IMG/VR virus record: IMGVR_UViG_3300022868_000014 | Span: 1-64,000 of that record | Strand: one strand, 5' to 3' | DNA: 64,000 nt | DNA from: a virus | Part shown: positions 53,921 to 63,194 of the stretch, one piece after another | Numbering within the stretch: the first letter of the stretch is position 1 | How the letters are laid out: every line of letters starts with the position of its first letter | Translations under genes and position numbers: made by a program | Notes under the pieces: generated by a model | What the model was told of the DNA's origin: nothing | What the model saw: the letters and a program-made list of their open reading frames with translations, nothing else | Database searches by the model: none

Positions 53921-56542
53921 ATGATACCCAAGATTATACATCCAGACGCATTTGATTTCGGAATGCCCACAGTGGCATTGATTGATACATATTCTAAAGG
54001 CTTCCGTATGGAGACCCTACAGAAACGTGCAGCAGAGTTCGACACTGACCTAAATGAAATTGAACGTAAACCCGGGTATACATACCTGCATCTTATAACT
54101 ACAGGTGCCCAAGAGACTTATGGTTTTAATAATAATGGAGATGGCTTCCCCCGTGAAAGTTACATGTTTACTCCTTTCTTGAATAAGTCAGCTGCTCCCT
54201 ATAGAACAGGGGGCGGTATGTTGGAATATCATAACCCTACATTTATGGAATTTGGTAAGGTATATAAAAATCACTGCTTTCCGGGGAGGACCCTGGTTCA
54301 GAGTGGTGAGGGCTCTTATAAGCCAATTGAGTCCTATGCTCAGGGGGATGCTGTCAATACTAGAAAAGGCCCTCGTGCAGTGAGTCATATTTTTAAAAGA
54401 CCTTATAAAGGAGCAGGAGTGAGCGTAGACTGCTCAGATCTCAGATCCTTCAAATGTACAGTAGATCATCCTGTTTTTGTATTACGAGCAGTTGATACAT
54501 GTTGTAAGCACAAGTATACAATATTAAATAAACAAAAATATCAAGGGCACAGTACACATTGTAGAGAGTGGGCTTCTAAGAATAAAAAAGAAATTACATC
54601 CCTTATAACCGAGGTACCCGCATATAGCCTGCAGAAAGGTGATTGGTTGGTATCCCACGCTGTTAGCGGAGGCACAACTTCTTTACCGACTTACATGGCC
54701 CGTTTAATAGGTTGGACGGCCGCTGAGGGCTATCTAGCTAAGAATGGCTGTCACATACAATATACAATAAGCCAGAAAGATCAGTATGCTATAGATGATA
54801 TATGTGACTGCATAAAGAAAGCAGGCTACAATGTCACGCTTACACCTACTAAATACGGGTGCATAGCAATAAATACAGGCTCCAAATTGCTACATCATGA
54901 GCTTTCACAATATATAAAAGGCACATACTCTGATAAAACACTGACAGCCGAGTTATTCAAACTGGATAATGAATCCAAATTACATTTACTGGGAGCATAT
55001 GTTGATGGTGACGGGTGTTACACCAAGCCCGAAGGTCCCACGCCAGGCTATCTTCGTATAAGAAGCTCCTCACCCTCCATGCTCAGGATGTTATCCGACC
55101 TAGTTAGCTCCTTAGGCATAGCGGCAAACACCTTATGGGACAACAACTCGTCTACTATGATATCCCCTACCAACGGTAAGACTTATAAATCAAATGGCAG
55201 TGGCTACGTTAGCGTGGCCTCGTCTGATAATCTTGATATGACTGATTATAGTAATAAATATGTAAGGGTAAGCATTGGACGGAGACGTTCCGCCTTCGTT
55301 ACAGTTATGTTGGATGATATGCGTTTACATAAAATAAAAGACGTAAGCCCTTGTGAACTGGATGAGTTGGTATATAATCTCGAGGTGGAGGATGCACCTG
55401 AATATTTTGTAGAGGGTTTACTGGTTCATAACTGTAATAGACATAAGAACGGTACACCTTCCGGTTATATCGTAAAGGCGGCTTATAATAATGATATGAA
55501 CCGAGGGGAACTTATTGTAGGTGTCGAAAATGATAAATGGGATAAAGAACTGCAGAAAGTTGCAAATGAGAAGCCCATCTTTTTTTCAATGGCGGCGGAT
55601 GTTAAGTACGACATTTGTACAGCCTGTGGGAATAAGGCCTCTAAATTATCTGATTATTGTGATCACCTGAAGAATGATATGCTTACTATTACTAAAGAAG
55701 GGCACCAGATAGGTGCTATAAATGATAAACCTTTATTTCACGATATCAGCGGTGTATTCAAACCTGCAGATAAGATCGCATTTGCTCTCCGTAAGGTAGC
55801 ATCTGATCGTGTCCTGTCTTCAGCTGAGTTAGCTGACCTTCACGGGTTAGCCCCACGTGTTGATATAATGAGAAAGTATGCCGGCGTCAAATCCTCAAAT
55901 CGTATAGCGCTTTTAAGTAAGCTTGCTGCGATAGAGAAGGAGATACTGACTGCTACATCTGATTCACCCATGAACTCTCTAACTGTTCCCTTCCGTTCTG
56001 ACGACGGTAAAGTGAAGGAGCTAGAGAACTCTACGGTGAGTGCAATGAAGAACCAAGATCCCGGTGCTCTATTTGGGTCACTTAAGGATAAGATGGTTGT
56101 TCTGCCAATGGAATCTTTTTATAAGGTTACCACAGGGGACAACTTTGACAAGGTAGCCAGTCTTCTACCAGGTGCTAAGAACGCTCTTAACGGCGTATTC
56201 GGACGCATGCTTAATGATCCATGTATTGAATCATTACTGGAAGATGGAAGCTATGAACCCTCCGGCTCGTACGGAGGCCAGGAACTTGAAAGTGAAGTCA
56301 GTCGCCTTATTGGGTCCCACTCCTTGGCGGCAAGTCCTATAAACGATCGCGTGATACGTAATTCAATCAGCGGTTGTACTGGACTTGATGGTGGGATGCT
56401 GAAATGTGCCTCAGAAATACATGATGCCGCGGCTGATTTCCTTGCCAGGGAGTATGCGAGATACGTTATCTCGTTCGTTGATGGTTTACCCGAAGACAAG
56501 TTGAACTTGACAGTAGGTCAAACTATCGCTAATAGTATATAA
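53921..56542 (+). CDS. Probable prohead maturation protease with zinc ribbon and intein
   Basis: N.NGDGF; VYKNH (His); FSM...V.YD.C.ACGN.A..YCDH; F.DIS.V..PAD; lies upstream of scaffold and capsid. Confidence 0.8.
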   Translation: MIPKIIHPDAFDFGMPTVALIDTYSKGFRMETLQKRAAEFDTDLNEIERKPGYTYLHLITTGAQETYGFNNNGDGFPRESYMFTPFLNKSAAPYRTGGGMLEYHNPTFMEFGKVYKNHCFPGRTLVQSGEGSYKPIESYAQGDAVNTRKGPRAVSHIFKRPYKGAGVSVDCSDLRSFKCTVDHPVFVLRAVDTCCKHKYTILNKQKYQGHSTHCREWASKNKKEITSLITEVPAYSLQKGDWLVSHAVSGGTTSLPTYMARLIGWTAAEGYLAKNGCHIQYTISQKDQYAIDDICDCIKKAGYNVTLTPTKYGCIAINTGSKLLHHELSQYIKGTYSDKTLTAELFKLDNESKLHLLGAYVDGDGCYTKPEGPTPGYLRIRSSSPSMLRMLSDLVSSLGIAANTLWDNNSSTMISPTNGKTYKSNGSGYVSVASSDNLDMTDYSNKYVRVSIGRRRSAFVTVMLDDMRLHKIKDVSPCELDELVYNLEVEDAPEYFVEGLLVHNCNRHKNGTPSGYIVKAAYNNDMNRGELIVGVENDKWDKELQKVANEKPIFFSMAADVKYDICTACGNKASKLSDYCDHLKNDMLTITKEGHQIGAINDKPLFHDISGVFKPADKIAFALRKVASDRVLSSAELADLHGLAPRVDIMRKYAGVKSSNRIALLSKLAAIEKEILTATSDSPMNSLTVPFRSDDGKVKELENSTVSAMKNQDPGALFGSLKDKMVVLPMESFYKVTTGDNFDKVASLLPGAKNALNGVFGRMLNDPCIESLLEDGSYEPSGSYGGQELESEVSRLIGSHSLAASPINDRVIRNSISGCTGLDGGMLKCASEIHDAAADFLAREYARYVISFVDGLPEDKLNLTVGQTIANSI
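54275..55432 (+). mobile_element. Intein 4 (386 aa) with LAGLIDADG endonuclease
   Basis: CFPGRT...LLVHN|C; TVDHP; LIGWTAAEG, LLGAYVDGDG. Confidence 0.92.
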
Positions 56543-56575
56543 TAGGAATAGACATAACTCAACACAGGAATAGTT

Positions 56576-57727
56576 ATGAAGAATTATGGTGATGTAGTAA
56601 CAATGATGGGCGACTTTCTACATTCAGTAGAAGAAGAAAAGTCCATGGCTAAAACAGCAGCTGACGCAGCAGCAGAAGCAGTTGTTGAAAAAACAGCCGA
56701 AGCTCCGACTCCAGGACCCAACGATAACGCCAAGACTGAGCCAGAAGGCAAGACTAGCGAAAACGTAGCCGACACCCCAGCGGGACAAGGCGCAGCGGGC
56801 AAAGAGAAGCAGCAAGATATGGAAGCCGGTATCGCAGGCGTTGAAGCAGACTCTCCTGAAGCCACCAATAATGATGGTGACGGTGAAGAACCTACAGACG
56901 ACCAGGGACCAAAATCTCTTGATGCCAGTGAAACAGTGACAGAAAATATAACTGTTGAAACCACTCCGGAAAAAGTAGCGCGTGCAGAACGCCTTGGTAA
57001 TGCAATTCTTAGTAGGGTCGCAGACCTTCAGAAGAACGCAACCGAAGCAACCCCAGAGGCAACCCCTGAAGCAAAGCCAAAACAGGAAGCTAGTATTCTT
57101 GAAAAATTGGCTTCCGAGAACCCGGAAATGGCAGCCCACATCTCTCAGTCATATCATGACTTTGCGACTGGTTGGCTAGAAGGTTTTAACCAACGTCAAG
57201 ATGACCTCCAGGAATGTATGGAAAGCGGTATCTTCAAGTCAGCTGCGGAAGCAGATGCAATGCTTGATGCTGTAGCAGCAGAAGATCCTGGCGCGATTGC
57301 ACCTCCAGGTATGGAAGCTCCAATGGGAGAAGCTCCTATGGAAGAAGCTCCTGTAGAAGGCGGTGATTTGGGAATGGGTGCACCTGAAGAAGGTGGCGAA
57401 ATGGACCCAGAAACAGCAGCGCAGTTAGATCAACTCGCGGACGAAATGGAAGCAGCTGGTGTTTCTCCAGAGGATTTAGTCCAAGCGGCTAAGCAATTGG
57501 AAGAACTGACAGCAGCAGGCGTTAGTCCTGATGAGATCATCCAAGCAGCTGGCGAAGTAGAAGGCGAAGGCGGTGGAATGGGAGAAGCTCCCTTAGAAGA
57601 AGCACCGATGGCTGAAGAAGCCCCGATGGAAGCAGCTCCAGAAGTTCTTCCTGAAGAAGCTGAAAAACTCGCAGCAGAACGTAAAGAGCACATCAAAGAT
57701 TATATCCGCGGTCTACAACAAGACTAA
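56576..57727 (+). CDS. Acidic scaffold-like protein
   Basis: Glu/Ala/Pro-rich; repeated KxA sites; between protease and capsid. Confidence 0.65.
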   Translation: MKNYGDVVTMMGDFLHSVEEEKSMAKTAADAAAEAVVEKTAEAPTPGPNDNAKTEPEGKTSENVADTPAGQGAAGKEKQQDMEAGIAGVEADSPEATNNDGDGEEPTDDQGPKSLDASETVTENITVETTPEKVARAERLGNAILSRVADLQKNATEATPEATPEAKPKQEASILEKLASENPEMAAHISQSYHDFATGWLEGFNQRQDDLQECMESGIFKSAAEADAMLDAVAAEDPGAIAPPGMEAPMGEAPMEEAPVEGGDLGMGAPEEGGEMDPETAAQLDQLADEMEAAGVSPEDLVQAAKQLEELTAAGVSPDEIIQAAGEVEGEGGGMGEAPLEEAPMAEEAPMEAAPEVLPEEAEKLAAERKEHIKDYIRGLQQD

Positions 57728-57738
57728 GGAGGTATACT

Positions 57739-58080
57739 ATGAATGAAGCACTTTATAATGAAGTAGTAGATTACATTGATCTCACTGATACAGTTATTAG
57801 TGAGTTAAAGGATCAACCTAAGTTTTCTGAAGAAGCTTTAACAAAGGCAGCTTCTGCATTAGCAGACGCGTCTATGATTAAGGCCGAAGAACAGGATGAA
57901 TTGGTTGAATTATTTCGCACAGACCCTGATAAGGCTCTTGAAAGTATTGCGAAGGTTGCAGCAAGCCTACCTAAGGCACCAAGTGATTACTCACTAGGTG
58001 AACAGGCCGGCGAAGCACGACCATCAAGATTCACTAAAGAATCCGACCGGGTTTTATACGAGAAACTGGGGCTAGTATAA
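57739..58080 (+). CDS. Small head assembly/scaffold-like protein
   Basis: AAGGAGG SD; TKAAS, AKVAA. Confidence 0.65.
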   Translation: MNEALYNEVVDYIDLTDTVISELKDQPKFSEEALTKAASALADASMIKAEEQDELVELFRTDPDKALESIAKVAASLPKAPSDYSLGEQAGEARPSRFTKESDRVLYEKLGLV

Positions 58081-58130
58081 TACTGGTTCCACAAGACAGT
58101 GTTAAGTAACACTTAACAGGAGAATATTTA

Positions 58131-58727
58131 ATGGGTACATTAACTCCAGCTCAAATGTTCGATACATCGTTGAATGTCATTAAAGGACCTTCATTGATGC
58201 ATAGACTCGACTTTAGAGCTGCACCAGCTGTAGGAGAAACCATCTACGCGGGTTCTGTTTGCTCTATCAACGCTGCAGGCACATTAGTTGCCGGCTGTGG
58301 TGTTGGAGCTGCAATGAATAGGCCTATGCCTATGTTTGCAATTCAGAACATCGACGATTTTGATACTAACTCTGATGTTGGTAATATCAGCGGAGGCGTG
58401 ATGAGCGCAATCGTTGCGACGGGTGGTTTCGAAATTGAAACTACAGAGTATGATGCTACTGGAACTTACAATCCTAATGATCTTCTTACCGCAGACGGCG
58501 TCAATACTGGCGATGTCAAACGTATGGGCGAAAACCCTTACGGTGGTCAAGTAGCAGTAGGATGTGTCAGCGAGGGTGTAAGCACCAACGCAGACGGTAA
58601 ATCAGTAGTTCGTTTTTGGACAGTTTACTTGCCAGGCGGCGCAGCAGGACATGACGAAAGTAGCACTAGTGAATCTAGTACTAGCGAATCTAGTGCCAGC
58701 ACAGCAGCCATGAGCACAAGTAGTTAA
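58131..58727 (+). CDS. Probable capsid decoration/cement protein
   Basis: Beta-rich; EIETTEY...Y.PND.LT; immediately upstream of the capsid gene; Ser-rich tail. Confidence 0.6.
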   Translation: MGTLTPAQMFDTSLNVIKGPSLMHRLDFRAAPAVGETIYAGSVCSINAAGTLVAGCGVGAAMNRPMPMFAIQNIDDFDTNSDVGNISGGVMSAIVATGGFEIETTEYDATGTYNPNDLLTADGVNTGDVKRMGENPYGGQVAVGCVSEGVSTNADGKSVVRFWTVYLPGGAAGHDESSTSESSTSESSASTAAMSTSS

Positions 58728-58741
58728 CACAGGAGATAGTT

Positions 58742-59701
58742 ATGAGAATGGATCCCGATGTTCGTTTGCTGAACGAAACCATTGTTAATGGACTTACCTC
58801 CACTGACGATGTGTTGCGCAAGCAAGCTAAAGAAGGTGTTGATGATTGGCTTCGTATTAAGATGCGTGAAGATGGCTTCGCCCGTAGGATTCTTCCTCCG
58901 GTCCCAGTTACACCCGCAGACCTTGATCGCCAGGTCGACACACCGAAACCTGTTATTGTAAAGGACCAGGAACCTAATTCCGCTGGAGCATATACTGTTC
59001 CCTTCGGAACTACTCCTATGGACCATTACATCATGGGCCCAAGATACCGCGTCATGTTTGACCGTATCCTGAGTCGTAGATATAACAGCGATGTTAACAA
59101 CCTCTTAACTTATGACATGGACATCCGTCAGATCCTTAATGACTTTCTTTTGAAAGACATTATGGCTGAAGAAGACAGAAAGTTCATGGCTGTAGTTGAC
59201 TCTATCGTAGGCGTAGCCAACACTGTTGACGCGACTCTCGAAAGTTGTCAGAATATTACAGTAGGTCCGTTGACTCGTCAATCGTTGGCACATTCCCGTA
59301 AGGGCCTGCCATCAACCAACCGTCACTTGAATGCATCAGTTGCACTCGTGAATAACATCACTATTTGGGATGTTGTTGCATTAGGCAGAGATGACATTGG
59401 TGGTGACCTTGCTGAAGAACTACTGGTTAACGGTTTCGCCGAACGCCAGATCATGGGACTCAAATGGGCCATTACTATCAAGACTGACTTGGTAAGCGAT
59501 GACGAATTGTACATGTTCGCAGAGCCTAAGTACACTGGGGACTTCTTTGTTCTCGATGACGTTACGATCAGTACTAAGCATGAGGATTATTTTATCGAGT
59601 TCTTTGCGTATGAGTGCATAGGAGCTACTATCCAGAATACGGCTAGTTGTGCCAAAGTTTCCTTCGTGGGAAGTCAGGTCGATTGGCGGACTGGGGTGTA
59701 A
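58742..59701 (+). CDS. Probable major capsid protein (HK97 fold)
   Basis: 319 aa; REDGFARRILPP, EED.KF, F..YE..G; last gene of the head cluster, followed by a strong terminator. Confidence 0.8.
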   Translation: MRMDPDVRLLNETIVNGLTSTDDVLRKQAKEGVDDWLRIKMREDGFARRILPPVPVTPADLDRQVDTPKPVIVKDQEPNSAGAYTVPFGTTPMDHYIMGPRYRVMFDRILSRRYNSDVNNLLTYDMDIRQILNDFLLKDIMAEEDRKFMAVVDSIVGVANTVDATLESCQNITVGPLTRQSLAHSRKGLPSTNRHLNASVALVNNITIWDVVALGRDDIGGDLAEELLVNGFAERQIMGLKWAITIKTDLVSDDELYMFAEPKYTGDFFVLDDVTISTKHEDYFIEFFAYECIGATIQNTASCAKVSFVGSQVDWRTGV

Positions 59702-59736
59702 GCACCTATTCATAAGTAAGTTATGATATATTTAAA

Positions 59737-59768
59737 ACCTCCGGTCTAAGGGCCGGGGGTTTTTTTTC
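59737..59768 (+). terminator. Rho-independent terminator after the capsid gene
   Basis: ACCTCCGGTC/GGCCGGGGGT stem followed by T run. Confidence 0.85.
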
Positions 59769-59780
59769 GCCCATAGCCAC

Positions 59781-59808
59781 TTGACATATCTGAAAAGCAC
59801 GTTATATT
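59781..59808 (+). promoter_or_regulatory. Sigma70-like promoter
   Basis: TTGACA-N16-TATATT just before the HNH ATG (near-leaderless). Confidence 0.6.
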
Positions 59809-59814
59809 GGTAGT

Positions 59815-60579
59815 ATGGCGAAAAGAAATACATATAATGATAAGCAACAGCGCAGTAAGAAATATGGGCGGTTGCAGCCTCTTAAGAGCATACTTAAGGG
59901 TAAAAACATTTACTGGGAATGTGAGTGTGATTGTGGTCAGATGGTTACTAAACGTAAAAACCATCTGATATCCGGAGCAACCACCAGCTGTGGGTGCTTC
60001 AATAAAGAAGCATTAATTAAAAGACATGGTGATGCTAATAAAGATTTCGTTGGAACAGTATTTGGTAGACTAACAGTATTAGAGAGGGCTGAGAATGCCC
60101 CTGATGATGCAACGAGATGGCACTGTCGTTGTGTGTGTGGGGAAAAAACTGTTGTTCTAAAGAACAGTTTGTTGAGGGGTAATACGAGATCGTGTGGGTG
60201 TCTGTCTGTTGAGAAGTCCTCAGAACGCATTAAAAAACTTATTGCTAATTATAAGGGGGCGAAGCATCCCAGGTGGAACCCCGCCCTAACGGACGAAGAC
60301 CGTACAGCACGTAGGCACATCCCAGGCTATAAGGAGTTCGTAAAAGAAGCAATGGTCAGGGATGATTACACATGCCAGGTATGCACCAAGCATGGAGGTG
60401 ATCTAGCAGTCCACCACCTGAACTCTTACTCTCAGCACCCGGAGGAGCGCACAGAGCTCTCTAATGGTACCACCCTATGCGCAGGATGCCATTCGGCCTT
60501 TCATGCGCTCCATGGCTACGCGGAGGCCTCTAAAGAGGACTTCCAGGGATGGATCAAAACTAACGCCATTTGTAAATAA
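59815..60579 (+). CDS. HNH endonuclease
   Basis: Two GRL...W.C.C.CG...SCGC repeats; RDDYTCQVC..HHL..NG.TLC..CH..FH. Confidence 0.88.
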   Translation: MAKRNTYNDKQQRSKKYGRLQPLKSILKGKNIYWECECDCGQMVTKRKNHLISGATTSCGCFNKEALIKRHGDANKDFVGTVFGRLTVLERAENAPDDATRWHCRCVCGEKTVVLKNSLLRGNTRSCGCLSVEKSSERIKKLIANYKGAKHPRWNPALTDEDRTARRHIPGYKEFVKEAMVRDDYTCQVCTKHGGDLAVHHLNSYSQHPEERTELSNGTTLCAGCHSAFHALHGYAEASKEDFQGWIKTNAICK

Positions 60580-60607
60580 CAATATGTTGTGTATAGTAAT
60601 TATGTAA

Positions 60608-60683
60608 GAGGCGGTCGTCTATCGGTAGGACACCTGGTTTTCATCCAGGCAAGCGCTGGGTTCGATTCCCCGTCGCCTTACCA
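60608..60683 (+). tRNA. tRNA-Glu(TTC)
   Basis: CCTGG-TT-TTC-AT-CCAGG; TTCGATT; encoded CCA. Confidence 0.9.
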
Positions 60684-60687
60684 ATGA

Positions 60688-60763
60688 TGCGGGATGGACA
60701 AGCGGTTAAGTCGTTGGTCTCATAATCCAAAGATCGGTGGTTCGAATCCACCTCCCGCAACCA
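60688..60763 (+). tRNA. tRNA-Met(CAT), initiator-like body
   Basis: TGCGGGA/TCCCGCA; CT-CAT-AA loop; encoded CCA. Confidence 0.88.
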
Positions 60764-60783
60764 ATTAAATAGGAGGACTTAGT

Positions 60784-60972
60784 ATGAGTAAGGCATACAT
60801 CGAAGAGTATTCGGTAGAGACAGCAAGAGCACTTATGTCTAGTAATTGTGATAGATGCGGTTGGAAGGGGAAAGGCGACTGCGATGAGACTATAGGCTCA
60901 ATAGCCTGCCTCGATGTTGCAGAGAGATGTGGTTATAAGATTATAGGATTAGATGCATTAAAGGAGGACTAG
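60784..60972 (+). CDS. Small Cys-rich protein
   Basis: AGGAGG SD; CDRC..C..C. Confidence 0.65.
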   Translation: MSKAYIEEYSVETARALMSSNCDRCGWKGKGDCDETIGSIACLDVAERCGYKIIGLDALKED

Positions 60973-61054
60973 TATGCCGGAAGCTATTATAGTAGGATCA
61001 GTCATTGTATTTTTTGGATTAATATTCAACGCAGTAATGAGATAAGGAGTATTT

Positions 61055-61351
61055 ATGACTAGAAGACCCGACTTAAAAGATTTAACAGTGTTGGTAAGGA
61101 AGACCTGCCCCAAGTGTGAGGGTACCGGCTTTTATGGACCAGCAGGCGCGTTGTGCTCCTGCCCTAACTGCAGGGGAGTAGCGGGTTGCAGGGTGGATGA
61201 AGAGGTACCCCTGTTAGAGCTTATATGTATGATTGAGCAGTATAAACAGGATAATGCCTTAGAGCTTTCTGATGGCCTTAGGGAACTCTTTGATGCTAAA
61301 GCAGCACGCTTGAACCCAGGGCGTAAAAGGCCTTACAACGGAGAACTATAA
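61055..61351 (+). CDS. DnaJ-type zinc-finger-like small protein
   Basis: CPKCEGTG...CPNCRG. Confidence 0.7.
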   Translation: MTRRPDLKDLTVLVRKTCPKCEGTGFYGPAGALCSCPNCRGVAGCRVDEEVPLLELICMIEQYKQDNALELSDGLRELFDAKAARLNPGRKRPYNGEL

Positions 61352-61554
61352 TGCCTAAGCCTAAGATAAAGACAAGAGAGGATGAACAGATTGAAAAGTT
61401 CGTTGAGCACTTAGCAGCAGAGGACATTGTTATTATGGACCCAGAGGTGTGGACGAATATAATTATGAGGGATATAATGAAGGAAGAGGACCAGAAGTTC
61501 ATAGACGCAACAAATGCAATACTGGAGGGTAGTACTAAAGATGACATTGACTAA
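61351..61554 (+). CDS. Small protein containing a major-capsid-like segment
   Basis: DIMKEEDQKF vs capsid DIMAEEDRKF; DEQIEKFV.HL.AED shared with next ORF. Confidence 0.7.
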   Translation: MPKPKIKTREDEQIEKFVEHLAAEDIVIMDPEVWTNIIMRDIMKEEDQKFIDATNAILEGSTKDDID

Positions 61555-61945
61555 AGATGAAATAGACCTAATAGCAACGTCCTTATGCGAAGAGGAGGCT
61601 AATAAGCCAGTCGATGAACAGATTGAGAAGTTCGTTAAGCACCTTGAAGCTGAGGATAAGAAGCGATACGAGGTTAAGTTTGATAGCAAGGTGACAGCCA
61701 GATACAGTGCTGATAGCATGGTGACAGCCAGATACAGTGCTGAGGATAAGAAGCGATACGAGGTTAAGTTTGATAGCAAGGTGACAGCCAGATACAGTGC
61801 TGATAGCATGGTGACAGCCAGATACAGTGCTGATGTTGAGATGATCCAAACCTATGACATGGATATAAGAAAGATACTGGAAGACCAGATACTTAAAGAT
61901 ATGGATATACCAAAGGAGCTGATGCATGGCAGGCAAAACAGATAA
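61541..61945 (+). CDS. Small protein containing a repeated major-capsid-like segment
   Basis: TYDMDIRKILED..LKD vs capsid TYDMDIRQILND..LKD; ATG 61541 has GGAGG SD (track start 61514). Confidence 0.75.
   Translation: MTLTKDEIDLIATSLCEEEANKPVDEQIEKFVKHLEAEDKKRYEVKFDSKVTARYSADSMVTARYSAEDKKRYEVKFDSKVTARYSADSMVTARYSADVEMIQTYDMDIRKILEDQILKDMDIPKELMHGRQNR
61649..61833 (+). repeat. 90-bp perfect tandem duplication with nested 30-bp subrepeat
   Basis: AEDKKRYEVKFDSKVTARYSADSMVTARYS x2. Confidence 0.92.
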
Positions 61946-62105
61946 ACGTAGACCGGCAAGGATAACAGAGAAAGAGTGGTCTGATAACTGGGCTTTAGCA
62001 TTTAAAACTGCAAAGAAGAACCATGGTAAGTGGACAGCAGTACACCCTAAGTGGCGGAACAAACAATCAGACATAACTAATTTACCGGAGATTGAAGATG
62101 AGTAA
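61926..62105 (+). CDS. Hypothetical protein (59 aa, not in ORF track)
   Basis: AAGGAG SD; MAGKTDKRRP...EWSDNW. Confidence 0.55.
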   Translation: MAGKTDKRRPARITEKEWSDNWALAFKTAKKNHGKWTAVHPKWRNKQSDITNLPEIEDE

Positions 62106-62307
62106 GCGGACAATAAAGCTTAAAGGCACGGACAAGGAACTTAAACTTACTAAGGTATCTATGGTAAAATTTGAGCATAGTAAGAGCGAGTTTATATACT
62201 TGGAGAAGATTAAAGGCACCGAGGATGAGTGGCGCCTTACATACACGGAGAAGACTATACCAGAGATCAAAGAGTTAACAGCCATGGAGATTATAAGAGA
62301 TGAGTAA
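62098..62307 (+). CDS. Hypothetical protein
   Basis: Coupled to both neighbours. Confidence 0.6.
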   Translation: MSKRTIKLKGTDKELKLTKVSMVKFEHSKSEFIYLEKIKGTEDEWRLTYTEKTIPEIKELTAMEIIRDE

Positions 62308-63019
62308 CACACTTAGAGACGGTACAATGACTGAAGACATACGCCTTGACCGTATAGAAGAATTTGATGAACGCAGTAAGGAGTACCCTTTAATGCTTGC
62401 ACCCAGCAAGAAAGCCAGATCATATACATGGCGCTGCAATGCCCACCTCGACCAGGGCACAGAAGGGAGTTGTGTCGGCCACGGCATTGCCCATGAGCTG
62501 GCAGCCAGACCGGCAGAGGTGGTAGGCATGACACATACGTATGCTAAGGAAACTATCTACTGGGCAGCACAGCGCATTGATAGATGGCCAGGCGGGGCAT
62601 ACCCGGGCGCGAAGAACGACGGGCGCTTCTATGAAGGCACCGCTGTACTAGCAGGAGTAAAGATAGCTCATAAGCTTGGTTGGTTCGATAGCTACAGATG
62701 GGCCTTTGGCATAGACGACCTTATTATGGGAGTTGGCCATAACGGCCCAGCTGTGATGGGACTTAAATGGTACGAAGGAATGATAAACCCAGATACTAAT
62801 AACTTTATACAGCCAACAGGAAAGACCATAGGAGGCCATTGCTTGCTCTGTAACGCAATAAACGTTAAAGAGTCATACTTCACCCTACATAATAGCTGGG
62901 GTGCTCAGTGGGGCTTTAAAGGGGAATGTAAGATAACATTTGATGATATGGATAAGTTATTGAAGCAACGAGGAGAAGCAGTCTTCTTCCAAAAGAGGCA
63001 TAGAAATGCTCAACCATAA
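62300..63019 (+). CDS. Papain-like cysteine peptidase (C1 family)
   Basis: DQG.EGSCVG (Gln, Cys), GGHC (His), NSWG..WG..G (Asn). Confidence 0.88.
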   Translation: MSNTLRDGTMTEDIRLDRIEEFDERSKEYPLMLAPSKKARSYTWRCNAHLDQGTEGSCVGHGIAHELAARPAEVVGMTHTYAKETIYWAAQRIDRWPGGAYPGAKNDGRFYEGTAVLAGVKIAHKLGWFDSYRWAFGIDDLIMGVGHNGPAVMGLKWYEGMINPDTNNFIQPTGKTIGGHCLLCNAINVKESYFTLHNSWGAQWGFKGECKITFDDMDKLLKQRGEAVFFQKRHRNAQP

Positions 63020-63194
63020 GATGGGTGGTAGTTACCTTTCATGTAATAAGTGCCACAGCTATATATGTAAGGTTAATATATTAGGCATTAAGCAGCTGAC
63101 AAAGATGGAGGTTAAGCGCCACTATTGTGGTGACTGTATACTTAAACGACTAGAGAAGTACGCAGATAAGAAGGGGTGTAAGTATGTATTTTAG
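63006..63194 (+). CDS. Small zinc-finger protein
   Basis: CNKC...CGDC. Confidence 0.5.
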   Translation: MLNHKMGGSYLSCNKCHSYICKVNILGIKQLTKMEVKRHYCGDCILKRLEKYADKKGCKYVF

